Source of the DNA: Gordius albopunctatus
Lineage: Eukaryota
Direction of reading: 5' to 3'
Assembly: GCA_964276515.1 (NCBI GenBank)
Contig: OZ193909.1
Coordinates: 1,736,001 to 1,800,000 of the forward strand
DNA length: 64,000 nt
Both the position numbers and the translations under genes were made by a program. Shown in pieces: positions 10,621 through 23,700 of this stretch. Each line of letters opens with the position of its first letter. Within the stretch, counting starts at the first letter, position 1. Below the pieces are notes generated by a model. It did no database searches and was not told the DNA's origin. It worked only from the letters and a program-made list of their open reading frames with translations.

Positions 10621-12560
10621 ATGGCAAATTTTGGATCAAAGGAAATTAAGGATTATTTAGAGAATGGGATCCTTCCACCAAATCTTAATAGAAAGCAAAA
10701 GCACTATTTAAAAAAAAACAGAAGGGTATTACATTCAAAATACCTTTTTATATAAAAAAAGAGAGGCTAATTTTTATAATTAAAAAACAGGTATTTAAAA
10801 TTAAAGCATTCTATAGTTTTATTAGAAAAACACATCAGAGTTGTCATAGAGGAAAGTGAAAAAAAGCAAATTTTAGATTTGTATCATAAAGGCATTGATG
10901 GAAATGTAATAGGACACAGCCTGGCAGGACATCTTGGTATAAATCGGACCAAGACCAAGAAACTCGGCCCTCGGCCCTCGTGGGAAGGGGGAAGGGGAGG
11001 AGGTGAGGGAAGGGGGAACTCATCTACACTCCGTATAAATGTATCATATTTGCTATGCAATTTATGGGCGAGAAAGGTGGGAAGGGGTGAGAATGCATAT
11101 AGGCGGGGGGGGGGGGTATTAAATGTAAAATAATTAGTTAATTATTAATACAAATTTTCGATTTAATTAAAAAAAATTGCCTTCTCCGGGATTCGAACTC
11201 ACATTAGTAGAGCCAGCCTTATGGTTATTTTATTCCATTGGTCAGCAGCCAGCGGACGGCCAAAAAGTAATAATAGCAATGGTAGGAACAGGAACAATCA
11301 TAATAGTCAAAAAAAAACGAAAAAATAAACTAGAATACACATTTTGGCCAATGGTCATTTTTTCATTGGTCAGCAGCCAGCGGACGGCCAAAAAGTCTTA
11401 TTATCAATGATAGTAACAAGAACAATCATAAGAGTCAAAAAAAACTCCGGGATTCTAACCCAAAAACTAGATAAATTGCATAGCAATTATTAAAAAGTAT
11501 AGGGTAATTATCAATGTTAACCTATTCAAAAACGAACAAAAAATTTCGATTTATTTGGCCAATGGTAATTTTTTTCAATGGTCAGTAGCCTGCGGACGGT
11601 CAAAAAGTCATATTATCAATGGTGTTAAAACAATATATTAATTTAATTTAAAAAAAGCAGCGCCAATAACTTGGTGGATGGACGACGGACGGAAGGACGA
11701 CGGACAACCAAAAACGAGCCCATAAATTGCATAGCAATTAATAAATATACCAATTCAAAAACGAAAAAAGAATTCGAACAAAATTTGGCCAATGGTCATT
11801 TTTTTCAATGGTCAGTAGCCAGAAGACGGTCAAAAAGCCATATTATCAATGGTATTAACAAGAACAATATATTAATTTAATTTAAAAAAAAATAAAAAAT
11901 TTTGTCCTCTCCGGGTCTCGAACCATCAATTTAGAACGTTCGCCGGGATTCAAACCCACATTAAATAGAGGCATAAGCCTTTGAAGGGGAACAGGGAACC
12001 ATATCAATAGAGGCATAGGCCCTTGTAGGGGAGGGCATAGGGTAATTATCAATGTTAAACTATTCAAAAACGAAAAATTAAAAATTTCGATTTATTTGGC
12101 CAGTGGTCATTTTTTCCATTGGTCAGTAGCCTGCGGACGGTCAAAAAGTCATATTATCAATGGTATTAACAAGAACAAAATATTAATTTAATTTAAAAAA
12201 AAAATATAAAAAAATTTGTCCTCTCCGGGTCTCTAACCCGCAACCTCCAGGTCGGGAAGCTGGTGTAAATAACTTGGTGGACGACGGACGGACGACGGAC
12301 AGACGACGGACGGACAACCAAAAACGAGCCCATAAATTGCATAGCAATTAATATCTGAAAAGTATAAATCCATTTTTAGTAAAATATAATAATGAATTAT
12401 AGTGGCAGCATATGGGTGAGGATGTTACTAACTATGTCAATGGCTGCATAGTGTGCCAAAAACATAGTGAAAAAATTGACAAGTCAACTCCTCAGTTGCA
12501 CCCCATATCCATTCCTTCATCGCCATGGCCACTTGTTGGGATGGATTTATGCAATATGCA
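10621..12560 (+). pseudogene. Gypsy-integrase-like (Ginger/GIN-type) gene relic with small intron(s), split by a Helentron-type insertion
   Basis: IKDYLENGILP...IRVVIEESEKKQILDLYH...GHLGINRT | WQHMGEDVTNYVNGCIVCQK...LHPISIPSSPWPLVGMDL gives an HHCC finger and the first catalytic D. 35-nt GT-AG intron at 10791-10825. Frameshift and stop present. Confidence 0.7.
10957..12352 (-). mobile_element. Non-autonomous Helentron/DINE-1-like element (HINE)
   Basis: Subterminal inverted repeat TTGCTATGCAATTTATGGG / CCCATAAATTGCATAGCAA, (GTCC/GACG)n microsatellite next to the 5' subTIR, GC-rich terminal hairpin-like motif, internal tandem repeats. Confidence 0.75.
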
Positions 12561-14189
12561 AAAAAAACTTGGTTTACACATATTGATATTTTATTATTTT
12601 CTCATGCATTTAATATTCCAATTCATGTATATACCATGCAATTAAACAAATGGGCTTCTTACCCCCATTGTTTTTCTCGAGATAATTAAGCAATTTATTT
12701 ACAACATAACATTCATCATTTCAACCTAATTTACGATTGTTGTTTATAATGTTTTACCCTTAAACTCTTGTTTTTATGTTACGCGTTTTATTATATTTAC
12801 GATTTTGTTTATAATTATTGTTATACGTTCTACAATAAAGTTTTTAATAGTAGCAAATTTTTTTTATTATTATTTAATAAACTCTGTAACAATTTGAATA
12901 ATCAGAATTAAAATTGTAATATAATAAGCATATAAATCATAATTTATAAAAAATATATAATTAAAAAATATTTAATAAAAAAAAATAAAAGAATATTAAA
13001 CAAGAATATTACAAAAAATATATGATAAAAATAAATACGCAATTTTTAATAAAACTCAGCTATATCAAAAACAAGATAGGATATTTATGATTTCTAATAG
13101 ATTATATAAAAGAGATTGATATTTGTGTCAGCGTATAGGAATTAAAATACTAATTTCAAGCAAAATTATTTGATTGACGTTTTTTGGCATGTCAATCATG
13201 TCGATTTTACGCCTAATAATTTAAAATTTCTTCCCATTCACGCCACGCCTAATTTCACGGCCCGCGGCCACCTCTAGGTGGAACTAAACATACATTTAAT
13301 TTTAAATGAACATTTAGCCATATTTGTTCCTTTTTAAGGCACTAATTTGGCTTATTTTGAATAATGAACATGCATTTTCTTCCTAGATCTAAAATCATGG
13401 CTAAGGGCTAACTTACTCATGCAAATTTATTATACTCTAAAATGGACCTCTTTTTAAATTAGGCCTTATTCATATATTCATATGGATTGTTTTGTTAAAT
13501 ATTTATATTGCGGGGGCAGAAAAATTTCTAAAAAAGGATTTCTGGACAAATCATATGTCGTTAAATTTATAAGAAATTAAAATAAAAGGGGCAGCCCTCC
13601 CTCTTTTATTCAATATATTCAGTCCAATTCATAAATTCACTTAAAAGATAGATGCAAAATCTTTAAAATAGATAATTCAAAATGTAGATAGCATAAAGGA
13701 AAAATTTAAATCGGAAATGTTTATTCCTCCTATTACAGTATAATTTAAAAAATATTTAAAAGGATATTTTCTTATTCAATAAATAAATTGCGTAGCAATT
13801 AACTAATAAGGAATAAAACCATCATTATAAACATAGTCTAACACCATACTTTTAAAAAGGAGTGAGTAGTGCAATGATCGTAAGATATTTATTATTTAAG
13901 TATTTTCACACACACAATGAGGACAAAAATCAATTAACGATGAAATAAAATATGAGCGAAATTTGGTATGATAGAATATTCAAATGTGTGGGTTGATCGC
14001 AAATGTAGTGTGAATTGTAATATCCAGCGCTGCGATGTGATTGCGGATGTGGCGAAAAAAGAATTGAGATGGGGTTTTTATGAATTTCAATTCGATGTGT
14101 TTTTCCAATTGCTTACTTGATGTCGCCAATGTCTAAAACGCCACAATACTCATATCGATCAAAATTTGGAAAGAAGACGGTTATTAAGT

Positions 14190-14395
14190 GACCTATTCAC
14201 ATAGGTTCCTCGGCCAATGTACTCTTCTACCGCTTCGCGTCACCTTGGTTGATTCTTCTACTTCGGGAGTCGTCGCTTGAGCTTCTTCTGTGGTCTGAAC
14301 GAGTGGTTCATTCCTGTCAGTGTAGCTTAGTTTTAACCGGTCTATTGAAATCGTCTCTTTTTTATATTCTTGTCAATTATGAAATATTTTGAGAT
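14190..14395 (-). pseudogene. Ty3/gypsy integrase C-terminal tail fragment
   Basis: KYFIIDKNIKKETISIDRLKLSY resembles [23 protein letters not shown] of the pol at 7243-8985. Confidence 0.6.
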
Positions 14396-15159
14396 GGATG
14401 TATGATTTTTATGAATTTCAATTGTATGTGTTTTTCCAATTGGTTACTTGATGTCACCAATGTCTAAAACGCCAGAGTAGTCTATTATATGGATTAATCT
14501 AACCCCTCATTTAGATTAAAATGTTTGTTCGTGATTATATTTGTAAATTTTTAAAACCATTAGATTGAAGATAGATTTAAAATTCACTAGCCATTGTTTA
14601 CTTTTGGATTAGAAATTTGTCTGTTTTAATATTTTATAAAATATCGAACGCACATATATATATCCACACTTTAATAGTGGTAAAAGTGCAGACATCTAAG
14701 CATTAATCTATTTTTTGAGCGATGAACTTTAAATGAATGATATAAAATCTTAAAATAATTTGTATTAACTCTATTTGTCACCAAAAAACATAATATATTA
14801 ATTATTTTTTAAAATTGATATACCTGATGAATATTAATTTTAAATTTAAAATAAACGTTTTAATTGACACCTTTAGTTAAATAATCTAACAAGTGTGTAA
14901 TTTTGTGAATACATTAACATAATTTGACCCTTTGTTGAAACTACCAGTTAAAATTTGCTAGCTAAAGTTAGAATATGACATTTATGGTGATAATAATTTT
15001 CAAAACCCGTAATAAAAGTATGTTTTCCCCAAATAAAACCTAATTTTGACGAAATGTCTTCTTAAACATTTTTTTATTGAATAAATATTTTAAATTCCCC
15101 TATTTTTACCTTTATTTCCCATAAATTCTTGTTTATTCCCGTATTTTCCCCAAATTTTC

Positions 15160-16292
15160 CGTTGGTCAGCAGCCAGCAGACGGCTAAATAGAAAATATAT
15201 ATAAAAAAATTTTGATTCACACTTTAGCCAATGGTCAATTTTTTTATTGGTCAGCAGGCGCCAGACAGCTAAATAGCCTATAATTATATAAAAGAAAAAA
15301 TAGTATTTCCTTTCTATTGGTCAGCAGATGGCAAAATAGCCTATAATTATATAAAAGAAAAAATAGTATTTTCTTTCTATTGGTCAGCAGATGGCAAAAT
15401 AGCCTATAATTATATAAGGGCAAAATATATTTAAAAAATTTGGAATCATGCTTTAGTCAGTGGATTTTTAAATTGGTCAGAAGACGACCCCAAAACCTAA
15501 ATATATTATCAATGCAAAATTTAGGTTCATAACAAAAAGGAAAAAAATTTGCCCTCACCGAGATTCGAACTCATATCAGTGGAGGGATAGGCCCTTGTTA
15601 GGGGGATGCGGTGAGACGTGGGAAAGATTTGTTGCCATCGGGTATCGTACTCAGGATGGCTTAATCGAAATTTCAAGCGGTTCCAGTGGTAAACAAGAGG
15701 AAATAGGACGTCAATTTTACTTAGGCATGTCGGGGCAAAAAAAACAAGGCTCTTTTTTTGCGAGAGGGCAAAGGGGGGGGGGCATATTTAGAGTGAAAAA
15801 TTAAAGCCAACCAGCGGTTATTATTATTCATTTTTGGCCAAAAAATTATTATTTTTTGTATATATGAAGATAACATAAATGCCAAAATGTGCAGGCACAA
15901 AAATAAAAATGGATTTCGGCCTTTGGCCGGGGTCAGATAAAGTCGAATTAAGCAACGGTCGTCATTAATTTGCCGGGAATTGTTGAGCCAGTTTAGCAAT
16001 CATCCGATATATAGCAACAACCTAGACAAGTTGCAAAAAGAAGTTCAATGTAAAAAGCGAATCAGTTTGGGCCATAAACAATAATGGAATTTTGGCTCGG
16101 GCGAATTCAAAAAATTTAAAGCCAACCAGCGGTCATAATGTAATTCCGAAAGTAAAATAAAAGTCATTTACAGAAGCAAAAGTCGACACCCATTAGAAAC
16201 CCTTATAAGTTTCCACGGCAATTATGCAAAAATTACAAGTTGGACAACGGACGGACGGACAACCAAAAGCGAGCCCATATATTGCATAGTAA
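15160..16292 (-). mobile_element. HINE-family copy (diverged)
   Basis: Ends GGACGGACGGACAACCAAAAGCGAGCCCATATATTGCATAG like 12300-12350; TTGGTCAGCAG repeats. Related fragments at ~510-633, 21775-21900, 28995-29400, 32960-33365, 38430-38720 and 49130-49330. Confidence 0.65.
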
Positions 16293-16963
16293 CTAATTTT
16301 TATTAATAAGTCAATACAGTGGAAAATTCTTAATCGCAAATCGGATTATCGCAAAAATCTTTTAATGGCGAATTTAACCGCCATTTTGTTTTTTTTAACG
16401 ATAATATTAACAAATCGCTTTAATAGTACAATATTGGATATTCACAAACATTTTCGAGTCCTTAAATCAACCAGATAATTATATAAAATATCGTTTTATT
16501 GCGAAGCGTAAGAAATGAATATTTAGTATAATGTACATATACTTTTTTCCCATCGTTTAATCACGAAATATCGGTTAATCGCGAATCTTTTTTTCAGGTC
16601 CAAGGCTTTGTAATTAAACGGTTGTGACTGTATTATTATAAGTGTAACCATAAAAACACTTGAAGCATCTAAGTTCTGCAAAAGTGATACGTTAGTGCCA
16701 TCTAGCGGATGTTGCTTGTTAAAACAGGTTGTTATTATTTTTGTGGCTTTGGGCCACAACTAAAAACCTTCAAAGGGCTTTTGCATTTAACATTGGGTTT
16801 TATTTAACTGCTAATTAAATAGTTACAAATTGCTAAGTAATTTATGCCAAGTATTTTATTAAAAAACGCTAACTATTTTATGGTAAGTATTTTATTCTAA
16901 ATCCTAAGTATTTTAAATAAATGCTAAGTTTTTTAATTAAATGCTAATTTTTTTATTTTTGTA

Positions 16964-17490
16964 GGCCTAAGCCTCGCCGGCGACATTGTGTCCCCATTCA
17001 ACTGCGACCTCTGTCGCCAACCCGTTCTAGGAAACGGCCACCATCCCCTACACTCCCAATACAGCAAGACAATAAATAAAATAATCGCACAATTTTTGAA
17101 TAAAGCCGGCTTTCCCATTCAATGGAACCAACTAGCCTAAGCTCCACTCACGGTAAAAGACCCGAGTGTGCTCGTGACCTAAACGGCTGCTGGGACTTCA
17201 CTACAGTGGATATATTTGCCAAATCTAACGCCTCTCCAGAACTCATCCCTTCTACTGAGAGAAAGAAAGTGGAAAAATACAAATACCTCAACAATATTAT
17301 TTTTGTACCAGTAGAAGCCACCCTTCGGTAATTTAGGTCCCGAGGGCAGCCAATTCCTCAAACAAACATCAAAATTTAGAACCTCCATCACACACGATCC
17401 CAATGAATTTTTCTACATCAAGCAGAAAATCAGCATGGAAATTGTGAAATCTAATACAATCTCAACCCATGGCTCGATGCCAGCTTATTA
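16964..17490 (+). pseudogene. CRE-clade-like non-LTR retrotransposon 3' end (Zn knuckle and restriction-like endonuclease)
   Basis: CDLCRQPVLGNGHHPLH, EPTSLSSTHGKRPE, WDFTTVD, ERKKVEKYKYL, FVPV...FGNLGPEG across frameshifts. Confidence 0.7.
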
Positions 17491-17876
17491 ATTTAATATA
17501 TTTTAGCATATAACATACATAATTATTTGGAAATAAACTTCTATCGATAAATGCTAAAATAAAAAAGTGTTTTTTTTATTAAATTGCTTAGTTTTTATTT
17601 TGATATGCTATGTTTTTTTTATTAAAATGCTAAGTATTTTATTTAAAAAATTTTAAGCTATGAATCTTAATCAAAATGCTGAGTATTAAAAAAATATAAG
17701 ATAATAATGTTTTAAAGCTAAAAAGGGCAAAGTTTTAATGGTAATAATTTTAAAGAAGATGTTAAATTTTTAAAAATGCTAGATTCTTAATTTTAAAATG
17801 CTAGGTTTTATATTTTAAAGTGCTAATTTATTATTTTAAAATACTGAGATTTTTAATTCGAAGTTTTATTTATGGC

Positions 17877-19195
17877 TAGAGCCCTGCACGGGCCGCCCGA
17901 AGCCCCACACGGCCCGAGCCGGCCGGGCAAAATTTTATAATATAATCGGGGCTAGGATCGAGCCTGATGTGGCGGCCCGACACGAGGCCCGAGCCCGGCC
18001 CGAATTGAACTAAAACAAATTAATCTCTTATAAAATAGGATAATGGTTTCAAAGCCTTGAACATAACAAGAACAACCGCAAACCTTTCTCATTTTAAACT
18101 TATTTTAAGCCTGAGATATAACTGAAATAACCTAAAACCTTAAATACAAACCTATAATGAATTGTTAGGGCGGAAATAATCAGGGACGGGACGAGTTTTG
18201 AGGGCCTGTTTTTGTCCCGCGGATACGACAAAAGCCTCATCAAACTCATAGATAAATAGATGTCTCGGGGATTTTTATTTACATGTTAATAATATTCAAT
18301 AAACAATAAATTGCACAGGAATTAAAAATTATCTCTAATATGATAAAGAATCCTGGGGTTATAATAACGGATCAATCCGATCCAACATCCGATCCGTCCG
18401 AACTCGGATCTGATAAACATTTTAATTTTGAAAGTCGGATCGGATCAACACTCTATTTTAGTCGGATCGGATTTTCAAATTTAAAATAAACAATAATAAG
18501 TTGTAATTACTTAAATTAATCATTTTTAGTATACCTTTTCATAATTATCTTTGCATTCTTTTTTTACTTTACCATTTTTGATGCCCAATACCACCTCTCA
18601 CCTTACTTACCCTAACATATTTATCAGTATTTCCCTAGCTAGACTTTCTCGTTTGGCGAGAAAGGGGCTAGTGTCAATGATAAATCACAATCTCCCCTTT
18701 CCTTAAAGCACACGCGTGGCTCCTTTCCCTCTTGATTCCGGGGGTAATCATGAATGTTGTAGCTAGCTTCCCTTCTTAGAAGCAATCTCCACGGTCCAGG
18801 GGTATTGTCGTTGACGAGATGGTCTGAGTCATGCTGACTTGAGGGGAAAAATATAATCATTGGGATTCGTAACAGCTAGCAAATACAACAATATTGTTTA
18901 TCATATCAAAAACCTTCATGGAAGGAATAATAAAAAAAATTTTTAATAAATATGCCTCAACAAGTTAAAAAAGAAGACGGAAAAAGTTAAATTTGGAGTT
19001 ACTTTGACCTTCTGAATAAATGAAAATGATACATACACCGGTTATGTTATGTGCAAGAAATGCCATCATATCTACACACATAATTCCATTCGAGGTAGTT
19101 CCCATCTTTTGCATCATAAATGTATTCCAAAAACTTCAGCTAAAAATACAATTGACAAATTTGTTACCAAACCTCTCGCTGATGTCTGAACTTTT
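17877..19195 (+). mobile_element. Decayed hAT element 5' part with BED zinc-finger relic (18918-19190)
   Basis: Terminus TAGAGCCCTGCACGGGCC with GGCCC repeats; IWSYFDLL..ENDTYTGYVMCKKCHHIYTHNSIRGSSHLLHHKC is a Hermes-type BED finger. Linkage of the two parts is inferred. Confidence 0.55.
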
Positions 19196-20744
19196 ACAGT
19201 CTGTGGATATGTGTACGTGTGATATCTTAATTCAAAATAAACACAAATTTTTAATCCAAAAGTAAACAATGGTTAGAATCTAAATTTAAATATATATATA
19301 TATTTTATTTCCAATATCAAGTACTTTAAAATTTACAAATTTAATCACGTAAGCAAACATTTCAACCTAAATGTGAGTTTAGATCGATCCATTTAATAAA
19401 ACACTCACTTCTTTTTAAAAGTATGGTGTTAGGAAATGTTTATAATAATGATTCTTTATTTTAAAAAACAAATATCATATTAAATATTTTAAATTATACT
19501 GTAAAAGAGAGAATAAAAATTTAAATTTTCTAATTGTAAAAACTGTGTGACACCCTAGCCCACCAATTTTAGCTTAAAGAATTTATTTAGCTCTACAAAC
19601 CACAATTATAACAATTGTCACCAAAACAGACACAAATTTCGTTTTTTCTTTTTCTAGTCAAACACTTGAGGTCGAATAAACAAAATCCTTGTCTTTACCA
19701 CTCAGGTAACACTCAAGACTTTTATGATTGACACTATTGGTTCAAATGGCGCACGAACACTTATTTTATTTTGAAATTAGTGAGCAACATTGAAATGAAT
19801 ACTGAGCATTTAATTATTCAATTGAGCAAAATTGAATCGTTATTGTTAACGATATTTAAATATTATGTCCATATGTATTCCTTGTGGAGAGATACCAAGT
19901 CTTTATGTTGCTGTTAATTTATCATGTAAATTAGAAATTCAAAAGCAATATATCACAATGGCGCGATCGATATCTGTGGAACCAGAAGGTAATATTACAT
20001 TACCTGTCTGCATACAATATATTAATTTTTATATATTTACCCTTGAGAATATCTTTGAAGCCAAGAAAGACAAGTTAGATATTCTGGGAAAGAGCTAGAT
20101 CTTTTGGATACAAGAAATCAAGTGTAAAGTATAAAGATTTGATAAATGTTATAAAAAAATTTTGAAAATGTAATCTATAATCTTTCAACCTAGGATTTAC
20201 TTTTTGATATATGTGAAAATTACGTTTTTTTACCCCTCTTTTTTATATATAAACCAAGAGGTATATGAATGTTAGGTGTTTTAAAGAAATAGACATTCTT
20301 TAGTTTTTTTATGAAGCTTTAAAAGTTACGATGTTTTTCCCCCTATTTACACAATGTAAGTTAAATACAAAAACCCTTTAGAGATTTTTTAGTTGTAGCC
20401 CAAGAGCCATAATAATATTCAAGCCTATTTAAATATCCAATATCCGCTAGATGGCAGCAACGCATCACCTTTTCGTTAATTAGATGCTTTAATCGTTTTT
20501 ATGTTTACACTTATATCACTATAGAGTTATTAATAAATACTTTTTTATATTTAAACATATATGAAATAGACTAAAGCGGCAGATTGACAACAATTCTTGT
20601 TTATTTTTTGTTTCGAAACTCCCCATATCATAAATATCCGCATTTATTTATCGTATTTACAGTATAAAACATTATAAAAGTGTATAAATAATAATGCATT
20701 TTTACAATTTAAAGTTCAAATCAATATACAAGAGGTCATCACAT

Positions 20745-23700
20745 TTATTCGTCGTCCGAATGAGGGGTAAAATAAGCTTTTCTCTGACCAAAACTAGAGG
20801 CATTTAAACCATCGTTCCTCGCACCAAGGCTCCAAAGTCTGGAAGGTAAAAACACTTTTTTCTCACTCGGAATGAAAGGGGGCAGGTGAGCCTGAGCATT
20901 TTGCGGCGAAATTCGGGGCAAAATAATTGGTGGTCTGGGAGATAGATTGGGTGAGAATGAAGAGTGATTCATACGTTGGGAGGATGGGTCAGTACTTCGA
21001 TCTTAAGCATTTATCGAATCATTGATTTTTAATTTGAAATATAAATGTAAGTTACTTATTGGTGTCCCTAGTAGTTGCGTCATGTAGGGGTCTGCCTGAA
21101 ACAGATACCAACCTGAAAATTAAAATATGTATATTATGGAATAGACTAAATATTGTATAATTTAGTGTTGTAAGAAGAACGGCTGGATCTTATTTGGTCG
21201 GCCCCAGGTTTTAGTCGACTAAACATAAACAGACCAAGGGGTTTGACCAAACAAAACTCATCCGTTCTTCTTACAACACTAATATATGATTGTACCGAAG
21301 ATCAGACACATCAACGTCAAAGCACCCAAGGTCAACCAATACAGTGCTAACGTAGGGTTACTTAGGATGGCATTGAAAAAATGTTGCAGTCTTTGAGTCG
21401 ATTGCCTATCGTCTTGTTGATAAACTATCAAAAAGACAAAATGAAAATATATTTATTTAAAAGTTCTAAAGGATAAATTTTCTAGTATTTTTACCTGATG
21501 TTACAGTATCTCTAATTTTATAAACATTTCCCGACCATTTTACGTTAAGGAGTAAGGTCTCTTTTTGCCCGGTCAAAGACGTACAAATTTCCAATCGATG
21601 CACCACGTCATTTTGGATGATCAAGTAGGCGGGAGAATTAGTGAGTAGTCTCACGATAAAGGATGCTACATTTTGGGTTGAGCCATCTTTTCGCACTGGG
21701 AAAATTTCGATTAAATCAGAATCCAAGCCTTCCAACTGTGCGGGCGTAAACTGTTTTCAAGTAAAAAATCGTATAAAATGGCCATGCAATTTATGGGTTC
21801 GTTTTTGGTAGTGCGTCGTCCATTCCGTCCCTTCTGTCCATCGTGTAATTTTTATAATAATGGACGTGGACACTTCAGCTATTTTGATTTCGCATATAGA
21901 CTCACGGGCGTAGCCAAGGGGAGGGGGCAGGAAAGGGCGGCTGCCCCCCCCCCTCTGAATCCAAAAAAAATACTTAAATTTATAAAAGTTCCGGCTAAGA
22001 TTCCGAAAATTGTACATTTAGCCCTCCCCAAATCACTATTGCCCCCCTCTGATTCCAATGCTGGCTATGCGCTGCTTGGTTTTAACTTTTCTTACTTCGC
22101 CCAAATTCCATTTTTGTAATTATACCCGACTGATCACCTTTATAACGGATATTTATATGCATTACTATATTAAAGACCCAGAGATTAAGACTTTATAAAC
22201 GAGAATCAGATCTGGAAAGACTTAAATAATACTTGGCAACAATAATTAATGACATAACTATGGGTTATTCTAATAAGGTTCATGATTAAACAACGAGATT
22301 TTTTTAAGAGTCCCTTCTTTTATTACAAAAAAATGAAGCCAATCGATTTGCAAACATAATAAAAATAGAATCACATCTAAAACTCATAAAACTAAATTTG
22401 TAAAATATCAAAATATCTTTAAAAGTATGCAAATCTCTAGACTAAATATGGTGTACGCGCGTATGCTAAATTCAAAGGTAAGCTTTAGTGGGCGAATTGT
22501 GGTCAGTGCCAACACTTGTACACGAACATGAGCATAGCTAGCATTAAAATTGGAGAGGGGAAATAAGTATTTGGGGAGAGGAAAAACAATGATTTTTCCA
22601 AATTTTAGCCATAATTTCGATAAATTTTTGGATTTAGAGGGGGGGGGCAGCCGCCCATCCCTGCCCCCCTTTGCCTACGCCATTCACATAAGCCTCGTTC
22701 CTAAAGGCGTCAATTTAGGTATAATGATCACAACTCTTGACCTAAGAAAAGTAAAGAAAATCACCTTTAACGAATCTAAAATGAGGGGGGAAGACTTGAT
22801 CCTGAACATAGCTTCAGGTTGAATGAGCGACAAAAATATCATCGCAGGCTCCGCGTGAAATGGGGGATAAAATGGGATGTTAGTCAAAACGTCTAAACCC
22901 CTAGATTTCTCCCAAACAGTAGAAGACTCGCGCTCGATTGCCCTTTTGTGAGACAAGATTATGCTCAAGGTTGATGGCAGATCGGTGGCATAGTTCTGAG
23001 ATGTTTCTTGTTGCATGGGGGTTATTTGGCAGACGTAGTAGTTACCTGTTTATTACAAAACATAAAATAAACTTCAACGAGGTTGAGGCTACGTCCATCG
23101 TTCTATTTTTGAAAGCATATAACAACCTTTGGTTTAATCGCGTTAATTTATGAATTAGGTTTTAGATAAGTTGTGGGGGAAAGTCAAAGTTGAAACTTTA
23201 AAACTAGTGATAATTACGAAATTGTACGCCCTCAAACACCATACAGCCGACTACAGACTTTGCAAATAAACTTTACAATTTGATATTACATAATTTATGA
23301 AGGCAATCGTTATTTAATATTATCTCACTAAGAGCATAGTCACCATATTTTCGAAAGGGTACATGTAAAGAGATGAATCGACCCCTTCCCACTTAACTAA
23401 AACACACCGAAATGGTGTGGCCTGTGTTTTCATATTACGACACCAAAACCGAGATCTTTTTACAACATTCGTACATTTGGTGATAGCTAAAATTTCTGCC
23501 TCCTTTTTACTCGGGCAGCAAGTAGGGATTCTTGTTGCACGATACAACTGCAAACCCTTTGCCGACCCATGGCCCAATGTGTCTTTATTTATTTTTGTAT
23601 TTCGCTCATTTATGTAACTTTGTTTCGTGAAAATAAAATTTTTAGCCATTTCAAAAAACAACAACAACTTGTGCATCGCGCCATAGCCAGAAGGTAAACC

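Larger units (their letters stand above)
5685..13276 (-). mobile_element. hAT DNA transposon, internally deleted and loaded with nested elements
   Basis: TIRs TAGAGGTGGGCACGGGCC / GGCCCGCGGCCACCTCTA; perfect 8-bp TSD GGTGGAAC (5677-5684 / 13277-13284); TTCACG subterminal repeats at both ends; transposase C-terminus at 5950-6185. Confidence 0.9.
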
